The notes: generated by a model not told the origin, from the sequence alone. A stretch of DNA of 50,476 nt from Verrucomicrobiales bacterium (GCA_046075565.1 JBJTQJ010000085.1:1-50476); one strand, 5' to 3'. Counted from the first letter of the stretch, positions 20,882 through 30,180 are shown. Program-made: numbers and translations.

Positions 20882-21353
20882 AGTCGTTTGCAATACCTCG
20901 CCACTTCAGTATATGCACCAGATAGCCCTTCTGGAGAAACTACCGCAGATCTACGGGAGGATTCTTGTTCCGCAGGCGGTTGAGCACGAGATCCGCGCAG
21001 GGAGACAGGCCGGAGTGAATCTGCCGGATCTCGCATCGCTCGATTGGCTTGAGGTCCGCGAGGTGGCTCCGACATCATGGCCTGTGCCACGCGATATCCA
21101 CCGGGGCGAGTCGGAGGTCATTGCCTTGGCTCGATTGAGTGGGAATGCAAAACTCATACTTGATGATCTTGCCGCCCGCAGGCATGCGAAACTTCTCGGA
21201 CTCAAGGTGACGGGCACTCTCTGGGTCTTGCTGAAAGCAAAGGAGAAAGGCTTCATCGATCAATTACGACCGCATGTCGAATCGTTGGTTTTGGCGGGCT
21301 TCAGGCTGGCGGATTCAACGCGGGATGATTTTTTCCGGATGGCGGGCGAATGA
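20874..21353 (+). CDS. DUF3368 / COG2405 PIN-domain protein (putative toxin)
   Basis: VVCNTSPL; VPQAVEHE; GESEVIALA; ILDDLAARRHA; GTL.VLLKAKEKG. Confidence 0.88.
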   Translation: MPEVVCNTSPLQYMHQIALLEKLPQIYGRILVPQAVEHEIRAGRQAGVNLPDLASLDWLEVREVAPTSWPVPRDIHRGESEVIALARLSGNAKLILDDLAARRHAKLLGLKVTGTLWVLLKAKEKGFIDQLRPHVESLVLAGFRLADSTRDDFFRMAGE

Positions 21354-21424
21354 TTGCCTTCTTCCGTGCACCCCGCTTTCGCAGGATGCACGGAAACTAT
21401 TCCCCCTCATCCCGCCAGATTGTG

Positions 21425-21454
21425 CCTGCTCGCCAGGGTGGGGGTGTGAGTTTT
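21425..21454 (+). repeat. Direct repeat, copy 2 (duplicate of pyk 3' end)
   Basis: CCTGCTCGCCAGGGTGGGGGTGTGAGTTTT. Confidence 0.9.
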
Positions 21455-21597
21455 GCCGGGGGATACTTTGGCGGCGGACCGTTATGTCAAAAGTCATGCC
21501 ACCGGTGTTGGTTCGATTGGCTCCGTGTGCAAGGATGAAGTGCCCAGGCCACGCAAGTCCAAACGATTGAATTCTCGCCCGCCAGCTTGAAAAAAGC

Positions 21598-21673
21598 TGG
21601 CGAGCCCTACGGGACTCGAACCCGTGTTCTCGCCGTGAAAGGGCGATGTCCTAGACCGCTAGACGAAGGGCTC
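21598..21673 (-). tRNA. tRNA-Glu (TTC)
   Basis: GAGCCCTTCGTCTAGCGGTCTAGGACATCGCCCTTTCACGGCGAGAACACGGGTTCGAGTCCCGTAGGGCTCGCCA. 7-bp acceptor stem, anticodon loop CTTTCAC, GTTCGA T-loop, encoded CCA. Confidence 0.97.
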
Positions 21674-21766
21674 CCTGGATTTCCGGCGGACCGGAACGGG
21701 ATGTAGAAGATAGATGGGGAAGCAAGTCGATGCAAGAGATTTCTGTGGGGAATTTGAGGGCAGGAC

Positions 21767-23119
21767 TCATTTCCCGATGCAGAATCGCCCGAAGATCGCC
21801 CCGAGGATTTCTTCGGCGTCGGCGCGCCCGGTGATGTCGCCGACGGCATGCAAGGCGGCGCGGAGTTCCTCGGCGGTGATTTCCGGAGGGGCGGATTCGC
21901 TGAGGCGGGCGCGGCCTTCCGCGAGGGCGGTCGCGGCTTGCCGCAGGCAATGCTGGTGTCGGGCATTGATGGCCACGAGGGCAGCTCCGCTTTCCCCGGC
22001 TTCAAGATGGACTTCTTCTTTCAACGCGGTCACGAGGGCCTCGATGCCTTCGCCGGTGGCGCAAGAGACAGGAATCGCTCCGGGCACATTCGCCCACCCG
22101 GGGTGCGCGGGCTGATCGGATTTGTTGAGTACGACCCGGTGGTGGGCGAGGGAAGAGGGGACTTCGACGCGGCCGGTTTCCGACGGCGGGCGGGTGGCAT
22201 CGATCACTTCGAGGAGGAAATCGGCCTCACGGAGCGCGGCACGGGTGCGTTCGATGCCGAGTTCCTCGATGCCATCTCCGGACTCGCGCAGCCCGGCGGT
22301 GTCGATCAAACGCACGGGCACGCCTCCCAAATCGAGGGTTTCCTCGACGGTATCGCGCGTCGTGCCCGCTTCCGGACTGACGATGGCGCGATCGAAACCG
22401 AGCAGGCGGTTGAGCAGGCTGGATTTGCCGGCATTCGGTTGGCCCGCGATGACGAGGCGGAGTCCCTGCCGGAGGATGCGTCCGCGTTCGGCGGTGTCTA
22501 ACAGACGCGAGCAGTCATCGAGTGTGGCATCGATGCGGGCGAGCATGGCCGCACCGGTGTCGGGGTCGATGTCCTCGTCGGGAAAATCGATGTAGGCTTC
22601 GACGTGGGCGAGCAGTCCGATGAGATTTTCGCGCAGGGCGCGGGTCGCTTCGGAAATGCCACCGGCGAGCTGGCCTTGGGCGGCGCGGAGGGCGAGACTG
22701 GTCTGGGCGGTGATGACATCCATGACCGCTTCGGCTTGGGCGAGGTCGAGTTTGCCATGAAGGAAGGCGCGTTGGGTGAACTCGCCGGGTCCGGCCGGAC
22801 GCGCGCCCGCTTCGAGCAGCGAATCTAACAACAGTCGTGCCACCAGAATTCCGCCGTGGCCGTGGATCTCGACGGTTTCCTCGCCGGTGAAACTGGAGGG
22901 CGAGGTGAAGCGCACGGCGAGCACATCGTCGATGGGTTCGCCGCGGGCATCAATGATGGTGCCGCGGGCAAGCACACGGGCGGGGACATCGGAGAGTTTC
23001 CTCTTCCCTCGCCAGCGTGATTCGACGAGGGCGAGCGATCCCTCGCCGGAGACACGCAGCAGGCAGACGGCTCCGGTGCCCGGAGGTGTGGCGATGGCGG
23101 CGATGGGATCTTGGATCAT
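21767..23119 (-). CDS. mnmE: tRNA modification GTPase MnmE
   Basis: DPIAAIATP; SFTGEETVEIHGHGG; GEFTQRAF; GQPNAGKSSL; GTTRD; DTAG; C-terminal FCIGK. ATGA overlap with the hisC stop. Confidence 0.96.
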   Translation of the reverse strand: MIQDPIAAIATPPGTGAVCLLRVSGEGSLALVESRWRGKRKLSDVPARVLARGTIIDARGEPIDDVLAVRFTSPSSFTGEETVEIHGHGGILVARLLLDSLLEAGARPAGPGEFTQRAFLHGKLDLAQAEAVMDVITAQTSLALRAAQGQLAGGISEATRALRENLIGLLAHVEAYIDFPDEDIDPDTGAAMLARIDATLDDCSRLLDTAERGRILRQGLRLVIAGQPNAGKSSLLNRLLGFDRAIVSPEAGTTRDTVEETLDLGGVPVRLIDTAGLRESGDGIEELGIERTRAALREADFLLEVIDATRPPSETGRVEVPSSLAHHRVVLNKSDQPAHPGWANVPGAIPVSCATGEGIEALVTALKEEVHLEAGESGAALVAINARHQHCLRQAATALAEGRARLSESAPPEITAEELRAALHAVGDITGRADAEEILGAIFGRFCIGK

Positions 23120-24216
23120 TTTCCGAGCACCTCGCGCAGCACGTCGAGGCAGCGGCGGTTTTGTTCCATGGTTCCGACGGAAATGCGCACCCATTCCGGT
23201 AATTTGTATCCGCCCATGGCGCGCACGATGATCCCGCGGGCGAGCATGTCTTTGAAGACCTTGCCGCCATCGCCGACCTTCACGAGCACGAAATTGGCGT
23301 GGCTGGGCACGAATTCGAGGCCGAGTTCGGCAAACGAGGACTCGAGGAAAGCCCGGCCCTCGCGGTTGACCTGGCGGGTCCGTTCCTGGTGCTCGTCGTC
23401 GAGCAATCCGGCGAGCGCGCCGGCCTGCGCGACGGCATTTGCATTGAATGGCTGGCGGCATTTCTGGAGCACGTCGGCCAATTCCTTGGGAGCGAGTCCG
23501 TAACCGATGCGCACGGCGGCGAGGCCTTGGATTTTCGAGAAGGTCCGCAGGATGATGACGCGGCGTCCTTCACGCACATACTTGAGGGTGTCGGGCGGAT
23601 TGTCGAGGAACTCGTGATAGGCCTCGTCGAAAACGACCACGACATGATCGGGCACTTTGTCCATGAACCGATCAATTTCGTCCTGGCCGACGAGCGTGCC
23701 GGTGGGGTTGTTCGGATTGGCGATGAAAATTTCGCGCGTCTCCGGGGTGATGGCGGCGGCCATGGCATCGAGGTCATGGATGAATCCGGGATCCGGAACC
23801 TCGATGGTCTCGGCGCCGAGCAAGGTGGCCATGAGCGTGTAAACCACAAAGGCGTGTTCGGCGGCAACGATGTTCGTGCCCGGTTTGAGAAAGGCATGAC
23901 CGAGCAACTCGATGATCTCGTTCGATCCATTGCCGAGGATCACATTTTCCATGGCGAGGCCGAATTTGCCCGCGATGGCCTGCCGCAATTTCCAACCGCC
24001 GCCATCGGGATAGATGTGGGCCTGGGTGAGGGCGTCGTGCATGGCGGCGAGCGCCTTCGGCGACGGGCCGAGCGGATTCTCGTTGGAGGCGAGTTTGATG
24101 ATTGTCGCGGGGTCGAGTCCGAGTTCGCGCGCGACATCCTCAATCGGTTTGCCGGGTTCGTAGGCGACGAGGTCGCGGAGATATGGGTGGGCGAGATCCC
24201 AAAGGGTATTGGCCAT
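23116..24216 (-). CDS. hisC: Histidinol-phosphate aminotransferase
   Basis: YEPGKPI; KLASNENPLG; NPNNPTG; DEAY; RTFSKIQGLAAVRIGY. Confidence 0.95.
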   Translation of the reverse strand: MANTLWDLAHPYLRDLVAYEPGKPIEDVARELGLDPATIIKLASNENPLGPSPKALAAMHDALTQAHIYPDGGGWKLRQAIAGKFGLAMENVILGNGSNEIIELLGHAFLKPGTNIVAAEHAFVVYTLMATLLGAETIEVPDPGFIHDLDAMAAAITPETREIFIANPNNPTGTLVGQDEIDRFMDKVPDHVVVVFDEAYHEFLDNPPDTLKYVREGRRVIILRTFSKIQGLAAVRIGYGLAPKELADVLQKCRQPFNANAVAQAGALAGLLDDEHQERTRQVNREGRAFLESSFAELGLEFVPSHANFVLVKVGDGGKVFKDMLARGIIVRAMGGYKLPEWVRISVGTMEQNRRCLDVLREVLGK

Positions 24217-24313
24217 AAGACGGGTAAGCTAGCCCGTCCCAGTGGTCCGCGCAAGATCGGCTCGAGTGAAGGGAGAAATGACACGTTTCCTTGACCTGCC
24301 GGACTCTTGCGTT

Positions 24314-24418
24314 GGCAGGGACGGCTGTCCCCAGCCGTCCGTGAGAATGCGAGGACGCTGAAAACGCGAACGCGTGGCGGCTTGACCCCGCGGACCGTTG
24401 GGGACAACGGTCCCTGCC
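24314..24418. repeat. Inverted pair of GGCAGGGAC(C/G)G-type REP hairpins (REPIN-like)
   Basis: GGCAGGGACGGCTGTCCCCAGCCGTCC (24314-24340) and GGACCGTTGGGGACAACGGTCCCTGCC (24392-24418). Same family at 34103-34207 and 37130-37156. Confidence 0.85.
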
Positions 24419-24482
24419 TTTGTCGTTCGGACAATCCAGTCAAAGGGCGGCAGCAGCTCGCAGGCCGTTTCTCCTCTCGCTT

Positions 24483-27005
24483 TCAGTCGAACAGATCCAA
24501 CTGCGGTTGGCGCGAAGCCGGTAGGCTGACGTCCGGGGGTGGCTCGGGCGCTTTTTGGGGAGCACGTTTTTTCTTCGGCTCGGCGGGTGTTTCTTCTTCG
24601 CCGCGCGGGGTCACGGAATTGCTTTCGAGATGGTTCAGGATGGTCTTGGCGCGGGTAATGATGGCTTTGGGCAGGCCGGCCAGTCGCGCGACCTGGATGC
24701 CGTAGGATCGATCCGCGGAACCTTCGACGATGCGGCGGAGGAAAATCACCCGGTCATTCCATTCGCGAACGGCCACGTTGTAATTTTTCACTCCGGAGTG
24801 CCCCCGGGCGAGGGCGGTCAGCTCGTGGTAGTGGGTGGCGAAAAGCGCGCGCGATTTCAATTCATCGTGTAAGTATTCGGCGACGGCCCATGCGATGGAA
24901 AGTCCGTCGAAGGTCGAGGTGCCGCGTCCGATCTCATCGAGAATGACCAACGAGCGATCCGTCGCGTTGTTGAGGATGAGCGCGGTCTCGTTCATCTCGA
25001 CCATGAAGGTGGATTGTCCGCGCGCGAGGTCGTCGCTCGCCCCGACGCGGGTGAAGACGCGATCGACGAGGCCGATCTCGGCGGCGGCAGCAGGTAGGAA
25101 TGCCCCGATCTGCGCCATGATCACGAGCAAGGCGACCTGACGGATGTAGGTGGATTTGCCGGCCATGTTCGGACCGGTGATCAGAAGCAGGCGGTTTTCA
25201 CTGCCATCGAGATGGGTGTCGTTGGGAACAAACTTCTCCTGCACGAGGGTCTGGTCGAGCACGGGATGCCGGCCGTCGCGGATGGTCAGTCGCAGATCAT
25301 CTGTTAGAACGGGGCGGATGTAACCAAACAGCCGGGCGGTTTCCGCGAGACCGGCCAAGGCATCGACACGGGCGAGGGCGGCGGCGGCTTTTTGCAGGGC
25401 TTCGAGATGCACGAGCACCTCGTCGCGCAACGAAAGATAGGCTTCGTATTCGAGTGCCTTGGAGCGTTCATCAGCGCCGAGGATTTTGTTTTCGATTTCC
25501 TTCAGTTCGGGCGTGATGAATCGCTCGCCACCCACGGTCGTTTGTTTGCGTGTGTAACGTTCGGGCGCGAGGTGGAGATTCGATTTCGTGATCTCGATGA
25601 AGTATCCGAACACGGCATTGTAACGCACCTTGAGAGATTTGATTCCGGTGGCGTTGATTTCCCGCTCCTGCAGGTCGGCGATCCATTGACGGCCTTCGGT
25701 GGAGGCCCGCCGAAGCTCGTCCAGTTCGGGCAAAAAGCCGTCGCGGAAAATCCCGCCCTCGCGGAGCGCGGCCGACGGGTTTTCGTCGAGGGCATCGAGC
25801 ACGCGGCGGGCGAGGGCCGAGAAGTCGGGTAGGTCGCCGAGAATCTCGTGCAGCAGCTGCGAGTCGGCCGCACCGGGCAGGGCTTCGAGATGAGAACGCA
25901 GGTCGGGCAATTGTTCGAGCGATTGGGCGAGGGCCTGCATTTCGCGGGCATTGCCGGTGCCTTGGGAAAGCCGACCGAGCACACGTTCGACATCGCGGAT
26001 TCCAGCGAGCGTCTCGCGGGTTTTTTCCAGCATCCAGGGTTCGGCGAGAAAGGCGGCAATCACATCCTGGCGCGCGACGAGTGCCTCGCGATCACGCAAG
26101 GGGTGCAACAACCAATGCCGCAACAAACGGGCGCCCATCGGCGTGCTCGTGCGGTCCAGCGCGGCCAGCAACGTGTGTTTTTTTCCGGACCGCGACTCGA
26201 CCAATTCCAGATTCGCCTGCGAGGCCGCGTCGATGAGCACATGCGACTCCGGTTGGTAGGGCAGCAGCACGCGCACATGATCGACATTGCGGTGCATCGA
26301 ATGGCGCAAGTAATGCAGGATGGCTCCGGCCGCGCCAATGGCCGCCGTCATGCCGCCGCATCCGAAGCCATCGAGCGAATGGACGCCGAAATGTTCGGCC
26401 AACAATTCGCGCGCGTGTTCGGGCAGGAAAGTGTAGCCGTCGCCCGGTTGCGAATGGGGCGGTTCGGGCAAACCCGCGCCATCATCAGGCACGAGTGTTT
26501 CCGCCGGTTCGATGCGTGCCAGTTCATCGAGCAGAGCCTGTTCGTCGGTGAACTCGGCGGCGCGGAATTCGCCGGTTGTCATATCGGCGTAGGCCAGCCC
26601 GAGGATGCGCCCGCTTTTCGCGATGGCCGCGAGGTAATTCGGTCGATCGTTTTCCAGCAGACGGAAATCATCGATGGTCCCGGCGGAAACCACCTGGGAA
26701 ATGCGGCGTTCGACCAGTTTGCCCGGTTTCACTTCGCCGGATTGTTCCCCAATGGCCACCCGGTGGCCGGCCTGCACCAATTTCGCGATGTAGTTTTCCG
26801 CGGCATGGTAAGGGACACCACACATGGGCACGGAATTCCGCTTCGTGAGCGTTAGTCCCAGCACCCCCGCCGCCGTTTTCGCGTCCTCGAAAAACAACTC
26901 GTAGAAGTCCCCGAGCCGGAAAAAAAGCAACACGCCACCCGGCAGGGATTTTTTCATCCCTTGGTATTGCTTCATCATCGGTGTGAGCGTGTCGCCGCCG
27001 GACAT
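24483..27005 (-). CDS. mutS: DNA mismatch repair protein MutS
   Basis: TPMMKQY; FRLGDFYELF; TGPNMAGKSTY; STFMVEM; DEIGRGTST; SYGIQVA. Confidence 0.97.
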   Translation of the reverse strand: MSGGDTLTPMMKQYQGMKKSLPGGVLLFFRLGDFYELFFEDAKTAAGVLGLTLTKRNSVPMCGVPYHAAENYIAKLVQAGHRVAIGEQSGEVKPGKLVERRISQVVSAGTIDDFRLLENDRPNYLAAIAKSGRILGLAYADMTTGEFRAAEFTDEQALLDELARIEPAETLVPDDGAGLPEPPHSQPGDGYTFLPEHARELLAEHFGVHSLDGFGCGGMTAAIGAAGAILHYLRHSMHRNVDHVRVLLPYQPESHVLIDAASQANLELVESRSGKKHTLLAALDRTSTPMGARLLRHWLLHPLRDREALVARQDVIAAFLAEPWMLEKTRETLAGIRDVERVLGRLSQGTGNAREMQALAQSLEQLPDLRSHLEALPGAADSQLLHEILGDLPDFSALARRVLDALDENPSAALREGGIFRDGFLPELDELRRASTEGRQWIADLQEREINATGIKSLKVRYNAVFGYFIEITKSNLHLAPERYTRKQTTVGGERFITPELKEIENKILGADERSKALEYEAYLSLRDEVLVHLEALQKAAAALARVDALAGLAETARLFGYIRPVLTDDLRLTIRDGRHPVLDQTLVQEKFVPNDTHLDGSENRLLLITGPNMAGKSTYIRQVALLVIMAQIGAFLPAAAAEIGLVDRVFTRVGASDDLARGQSTFMVEMNETALILNNATDRSLVILDEIGRGTSTFDGLSIAWAVAEYLHDELKSRALFATHYHELTALARGHSGVKNYNVAVREWNDRVIFLRRIVEGSADRSYGIQVARLAGLPKAIITRAKTILNHLESNSVTPRGEEETPAEPKKKRAPQKAPEPPPDVSLPASRQPQLDLFD

Positions 27006-27169
27006 GGCCGCCACGGTAAACGCCGGACGGGCCGACGGGAAAGAAATTTTTCGCCTTCCCGTTCCGGGTTCCCGCCAGGTTGGTTCTGCCGATTGCTGAA
27101 AAACGCGGATTCGGCGCCCGCAAGTTCCCGCTTCTTGCAACATGCGCCCGGATGCAGCATGTTCAAACC

Positions 27170-27364
27170 ATGCCCGAGCAAAAGCCCGCGATCACCAGTC
27201 CGCGCCGTTCTGCGTCTGCGGAGGCGGCATTGCGTGCCGAAATCCGGCGGGTTTCGAAGATGACGATCGAACAGCGCATCCGGGAAGCCCTGACCCTAGA
27301 CGAGCATTTTGAGGGGCTGAGACCCGCGAAGAGCAGTCGCCGCAATGTGAGACATGGAAAATGA
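27170..27364 (+). CDS. Small hypothetical protein (possible antitoxin-like partner)
   Basis: 64 aa containing MTIEQRIREAL. Overlaps a following short ORF. Confidence 0.45.
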   Translation: MPEQKPAITSPRRSASAEAALRAEIRRVSKMTIEQRIREALTLDEHFEGLRPAKSSRRNVRHGK

Positions 27365-27467
27365 TCGGCAATCTATCCTGGAGGTCGCCGAGCAGATCGG
27401 AGGGAAAGAAAATTTTGTCTCCGGCGAAACCCGCGTGAAAACTCCCGCCCGCTTGGGCCGTTACTAG
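27354..27467 (+). pseudogene. Probable truncated gene remnant (MENDRQSILEVAEQI...)
   Basis: ATG overlaps the upstream stop. After ~16 codons the frame runs into a duplicated 15-mer and stops at 37 aa. Confidence 0.35.
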
Positions 27468-27472
27468 CCGAC

Positions 27473-27886
27473 ATGAAAGCGCTCACTCTTCTCGCCGCCC
27501 TCGCCGCCACCCTTCTCTTCACTCCTGCCGCCGTCCGTGCCGAAAGCAAACTGGACGAGGAAATGGGCGTGCTCAAAGATGCAATGCGCGGCCTCGGTCG
27601 TCTCGGCGAGGATTACGCCAAAGGCGAAAAACTGGCAAAGGATGCCATTGCCAGCATCGAGAAATCCAAATCCATGGTCCCGAAGGTGTTGAAGGAAATC
27701 AAGGACGAGGCCGAGCGGAAGACCCAAATGGACGAATACGTCAAACAGATGGAAGCCCTCGCCGAAGGCTTCAAAAAGGCCGAGGCCGCCTGCCAAGCCA
27801 AGGACGCCGCCAAACTCAAAGAGGCCATTGATTCTCTCACCGCCATGAAGAAAAAGGGCCACGAACAGTTCACCGAGGAAGAATGA
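27473..27886 (+). CDS. Periplasmic cytochrome b562-like four-helix protein
   Basis: Signal peptide ending VRA-E. LDEEMGVL and KKKGHEQF correspond to the Met7 and His102 heme-ligand regions of cytochrome b562. Confidence 0.7.
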   Translation: MKALTLLAALAATLLFTPAAVRAESKLDEEMGVLKDAMRGLGRLGEDYAKGEKLAKDAIASIEKSKSMVPKVLKEIKDEAERKTQMDEYVKQMEALAEGFKKAEAACQAKDAAKLKEAIDSLTAMKKKGHEQFTEEE

Positions 27887-27888
27887 CC

Positions 27889-28044
27889 ATGCGCCACGCC
27901 CTGCTTCTTGCCGCCCTGTTTTTCCCGCTCCTTGCCGGCACGTCCTGTCAGAGCCTGCCGGGGAAAACCAGCGAAACTCCTCTCTGGGACAGGCCGGGCT
28001 GGACACCCCACCCGACCCATCCAAAAAGCATGCGGGTGCATTGA
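27889..28044 (+). CDS. Small putative lipoprotein (51 aa, not in ORF track)
   Basis: MRHALLLAALFFPLLAGTSCQSLPGKTSETPLWDRPGWTPHPTHPKSMRVH. Cys20 follows a hydrophobic region. Starts 2 nt after the cytochrome stop. Confidence 0.55.
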   Translation: MRHALLLAALFFPLLAGTSCQSLPGKTSETPLWDRPGWTPHPTHPKSMRVH

Positions 28045-28089
28045 CACTTGAATCCTAGGCCTCTCACCTCGCCACGGTTTTCCCTTTTT

Positions 28090-28140
28090 TTGACATGCTC
28101 AAGCCATGAGGTAATCTTGTGATGAAATAAACCATCACAA
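28090..28140 (+). promoter_or_regulatory. Sigma70-type promoter with operator palindrome for the TA operon
   Basis: TTGACA (28090-28095), 16-nt spacer, TAATCT (28112-28117). Inverted repeat TTGTGATG-N8-CATCACAA (28117-28140). Confidence 0.7.
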
Positions 28141-28143
28141 TTT

Positions 28144-28398
28144 ATGCAGACCATTACCGTCCGGGATTTGCGCTACGATTTCGCCAAGGTTGAGGCGTGG
28201 TTGGCCGATGGCCAGGAAATCGAGATCACCAAACACGGCAAACCGGTGGCACGCCTTTCGCCGCCGGGTCCGGCGAAAACGGCTCGGTTTGATCTCGAGG
28301 CCCACAAGCGGTGGATGAAGGAAACCTGGGGTGACCGCGTCTTCACGGCGGAGGAAGTCCGGGAAATGCGGGAGGCCGAGCTCGGAGACCGCAGTTGA
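28144..28398 (+). CDS. Phd/YefM-family antitoxin
   Basis: MQTITVRDLRYDF...GQEIEITKHGKPVARLSP. Confidence 0.88.
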   Translation: MQTITVRDLRYDFAKVEAWLADGQEIEITKHGKPVARLSPPGPAKTARFDLEAHKRWMKETWGDRVFTAEEVREMREAELGDRS

Positions 28399-28850
28399 AA
28401 GCCTATCCCGACACATCGTTTCTCTGCGCACTCTACCGGACGCAAGACAACTCCCCTCCTGCACTGGCCTATCGCGCGGCCATGACCGAGCCGCTTCACG
28501 TAACCCGCCTGCTGCTCTGGGAATTTCGTCAGTCCGTGCGTTTCCAGGCTTTCCGCCATGCCAACAACCGGCAGGTCGGTTATCCCTTACACGAAGCGGA
28601 GAGAATGATCGCCAAGCTCTCGGAACACATGGACGAGGGGAGCGTTCGGTTGGTTCATTGCGATTTCCTCGACGTCTTGGTCGCTGGCGAGCGGATATCC
28701 AAAGCGCGCACCTTTACCAGTGGCCACCGCGGCTTCGACATTCTCCACGTGGCCACCGCCCTCGAACTCCGCGCCGAACATTTCCTCACTTTCGATGTCA
28801 ACCAGATTGCCTTAGCCGCCGCCGAAGGCCTTGCTGCCCCACTTGGTTAA
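28395..28850 (+). CDS. vapC: VapC-type PIN-domain toxin
   Basis: AYPDTSFL; FDILHVATA; FLTFD..Q..LA..EGL. TTG start overlaps the antitoxin stop. Confidence 0.85.
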   Translation: MKAYPDTSFLCALYRTQDNSPPALAYRAAMTEPLHVTRLLLWEFRQSVRFQAFRHANNRQVGYPLHEAERMIAKLSEHMDEGSVRLVHCDFLDVLVAGERISKARTFTSGHRGFDILHVATALELRAEHFLTFDVNQIALAAAEGLAAPLG

Positions 28851-28936
28851 ATGCTGAAACGCGTAGGGGCGCGTGCTGAACCACCCCCGGATTTCGGGTT
28901 GCCTCTGGTTTCTCCGGCGCTAGGCTTGGCGTTCCC

Positions 28937-30130
28937 ATGATCATCGCTCCCAAAATCCGAGGATTCGTATGTGTGACCGCCCATCCGGCGGGATGTGCCC
29001 GCCATGTGGCAAATCAGATTCAGGTCGTGCGCGACCGTGGTCCCATCGAAGGCGGTCCGAAACGGGTGCTCGTTCTGGGTTCCTCGACCGGATACGGATT
29101 GGCCAGCCGGATTGCCGCGGCTTTTGGCAGCGGGGCCGCCACCATGGGGGTCTTTTTCGAGCGCCCGGGCACCGAAGGCAAACCCGCCACCGCCGGATGG
29201 TATAATTCGGCCGCTTTTGAAAACGAAGCCCGTGCCGCCGGTCTGTATGCCCGCAGCTTCAATGGCGATGCTTTTTCCGACGAAATGAAGAGCCAGGTGA
29301 TCGCCGCCATCAAGGCCGATCTCGGGACGGTTGATGCCGTGGTCTACAGCCTCGCTTCTCCCCGCCGCACCCATCCGAAAACCGGAGAAGTTTTCAAATC
29401 CGTGCTCAAACCCGTCGGTGCGCCTTTTGCCGCCAAGAACCTGAATACCGACCGCAAACAAGTTGAACCGGTCACCATCGAACCGGCCGACGAGGAGGAA
29501 ATCCGCCAGACGGTCGCGGTCATGGGTGGGGAAGATTGGGAAATGTGGCTTTATGCCCTCGCGGAAGCCGGAGTGCTTGCCGAAGGCGTGAAGACGGTTG
29601 CCTATTCCTACATTGGCCCCGAGGTCACCTGGCCGGTTTATCGTCATGGCACCATCGGCAAGGCCAAGGAAGATCTCGAGCGGGCCTGTGCCGCGCTCAA
29701 CCAACGCCTCGCCTCGCTCGGTGGCAAGGCATGGGTGGCGGTTAACAAGGCCGTCGTTACTCAGGCCAGCTCGGCCATCCCGGTCGTTCCTCTTTACATT
29801 TCCCTTCTCTTCAAGGTGATGAAAGCGGAGGGCAATCACGAGGATTGTATCGAGCAAATGGATCGTTTGTTCCGCGATTTTCTCTACACGGAAAAGGGAC
29901 CCGCGGTCGATGCGTCCGGACGCATTCGTGTCGATGATTGGGAAATGGGCGATGCCATCCAGGCGGAAGTCATGCGCCGCTGGCACATCGTCGAATCGTC
30001 GAATCTCAATGAACTCGGCGACTTCTCCGGCTATCAGGAAAACTTCCTCCGCCTCTTCGGTTTCGGGCTTGCCGGTGTGGACTACGCCGCCGACGTCGAG
30101 CCCGTGGTGGACATGCCGTCGTTGGCTTGA
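28937..30130 (+). CDS. fabV: Enoyl-ACP reductase FabV / trans-2-enoyl-CoA reductase
   Basis: [64 protein letters not shown]. Confidence 0.95.
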   Translation: MIIAPKIRGFVCVTAHPAGCARHVANQIQVVRDRGPIEGGPKRVLVLGSSTGYGLASRIAAAFGSGAATMGVFFERPGTEGKPATAGWYNSAAFENEARAAGLYARSFNGDAFSDEMKSQVIAAIKADLGTVDAVVYSLASPRRTHPKTGEVFKSVLKPVGAPFAAKNLNTDRKQVEPVTIEPADEEEIRQTVAVMGGEDWEMWLYALAEAGVLAEGVKTVAYSYIGPEVTWPVYRHGTIGKAKEDLERACAALNQRLASLGGKAWVAVNKAVVTQASSAIPVVPLYISLLFKVMKAEGNHEDCIEQMDRLFRDFLYTEKGPAVDASGRIRVDDWEMGDAIQAEVMRRWHIVESSNLNELGDFSGYQENFLRLFGFGLAGVDYAADVEPVVDMPSLA

Positions 30131-30180
30131 GATGGCAGGCAAACCGATGCGTCCTTGAGACAATGAGGCCCTGATCAAGG

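Noticed and set aside
21598..21673. tRNA-Glu as an integration site for a genomic island
   Set aside because: No duplicated tRNA 3' end and no integrase. The duplication present is of the pyk end.
23120..23461. N-terminal extension of MnmE in the ORF track
   Set aside because: It overlaps hisC. The real start is the ATGA-coupled ATG at 23119.
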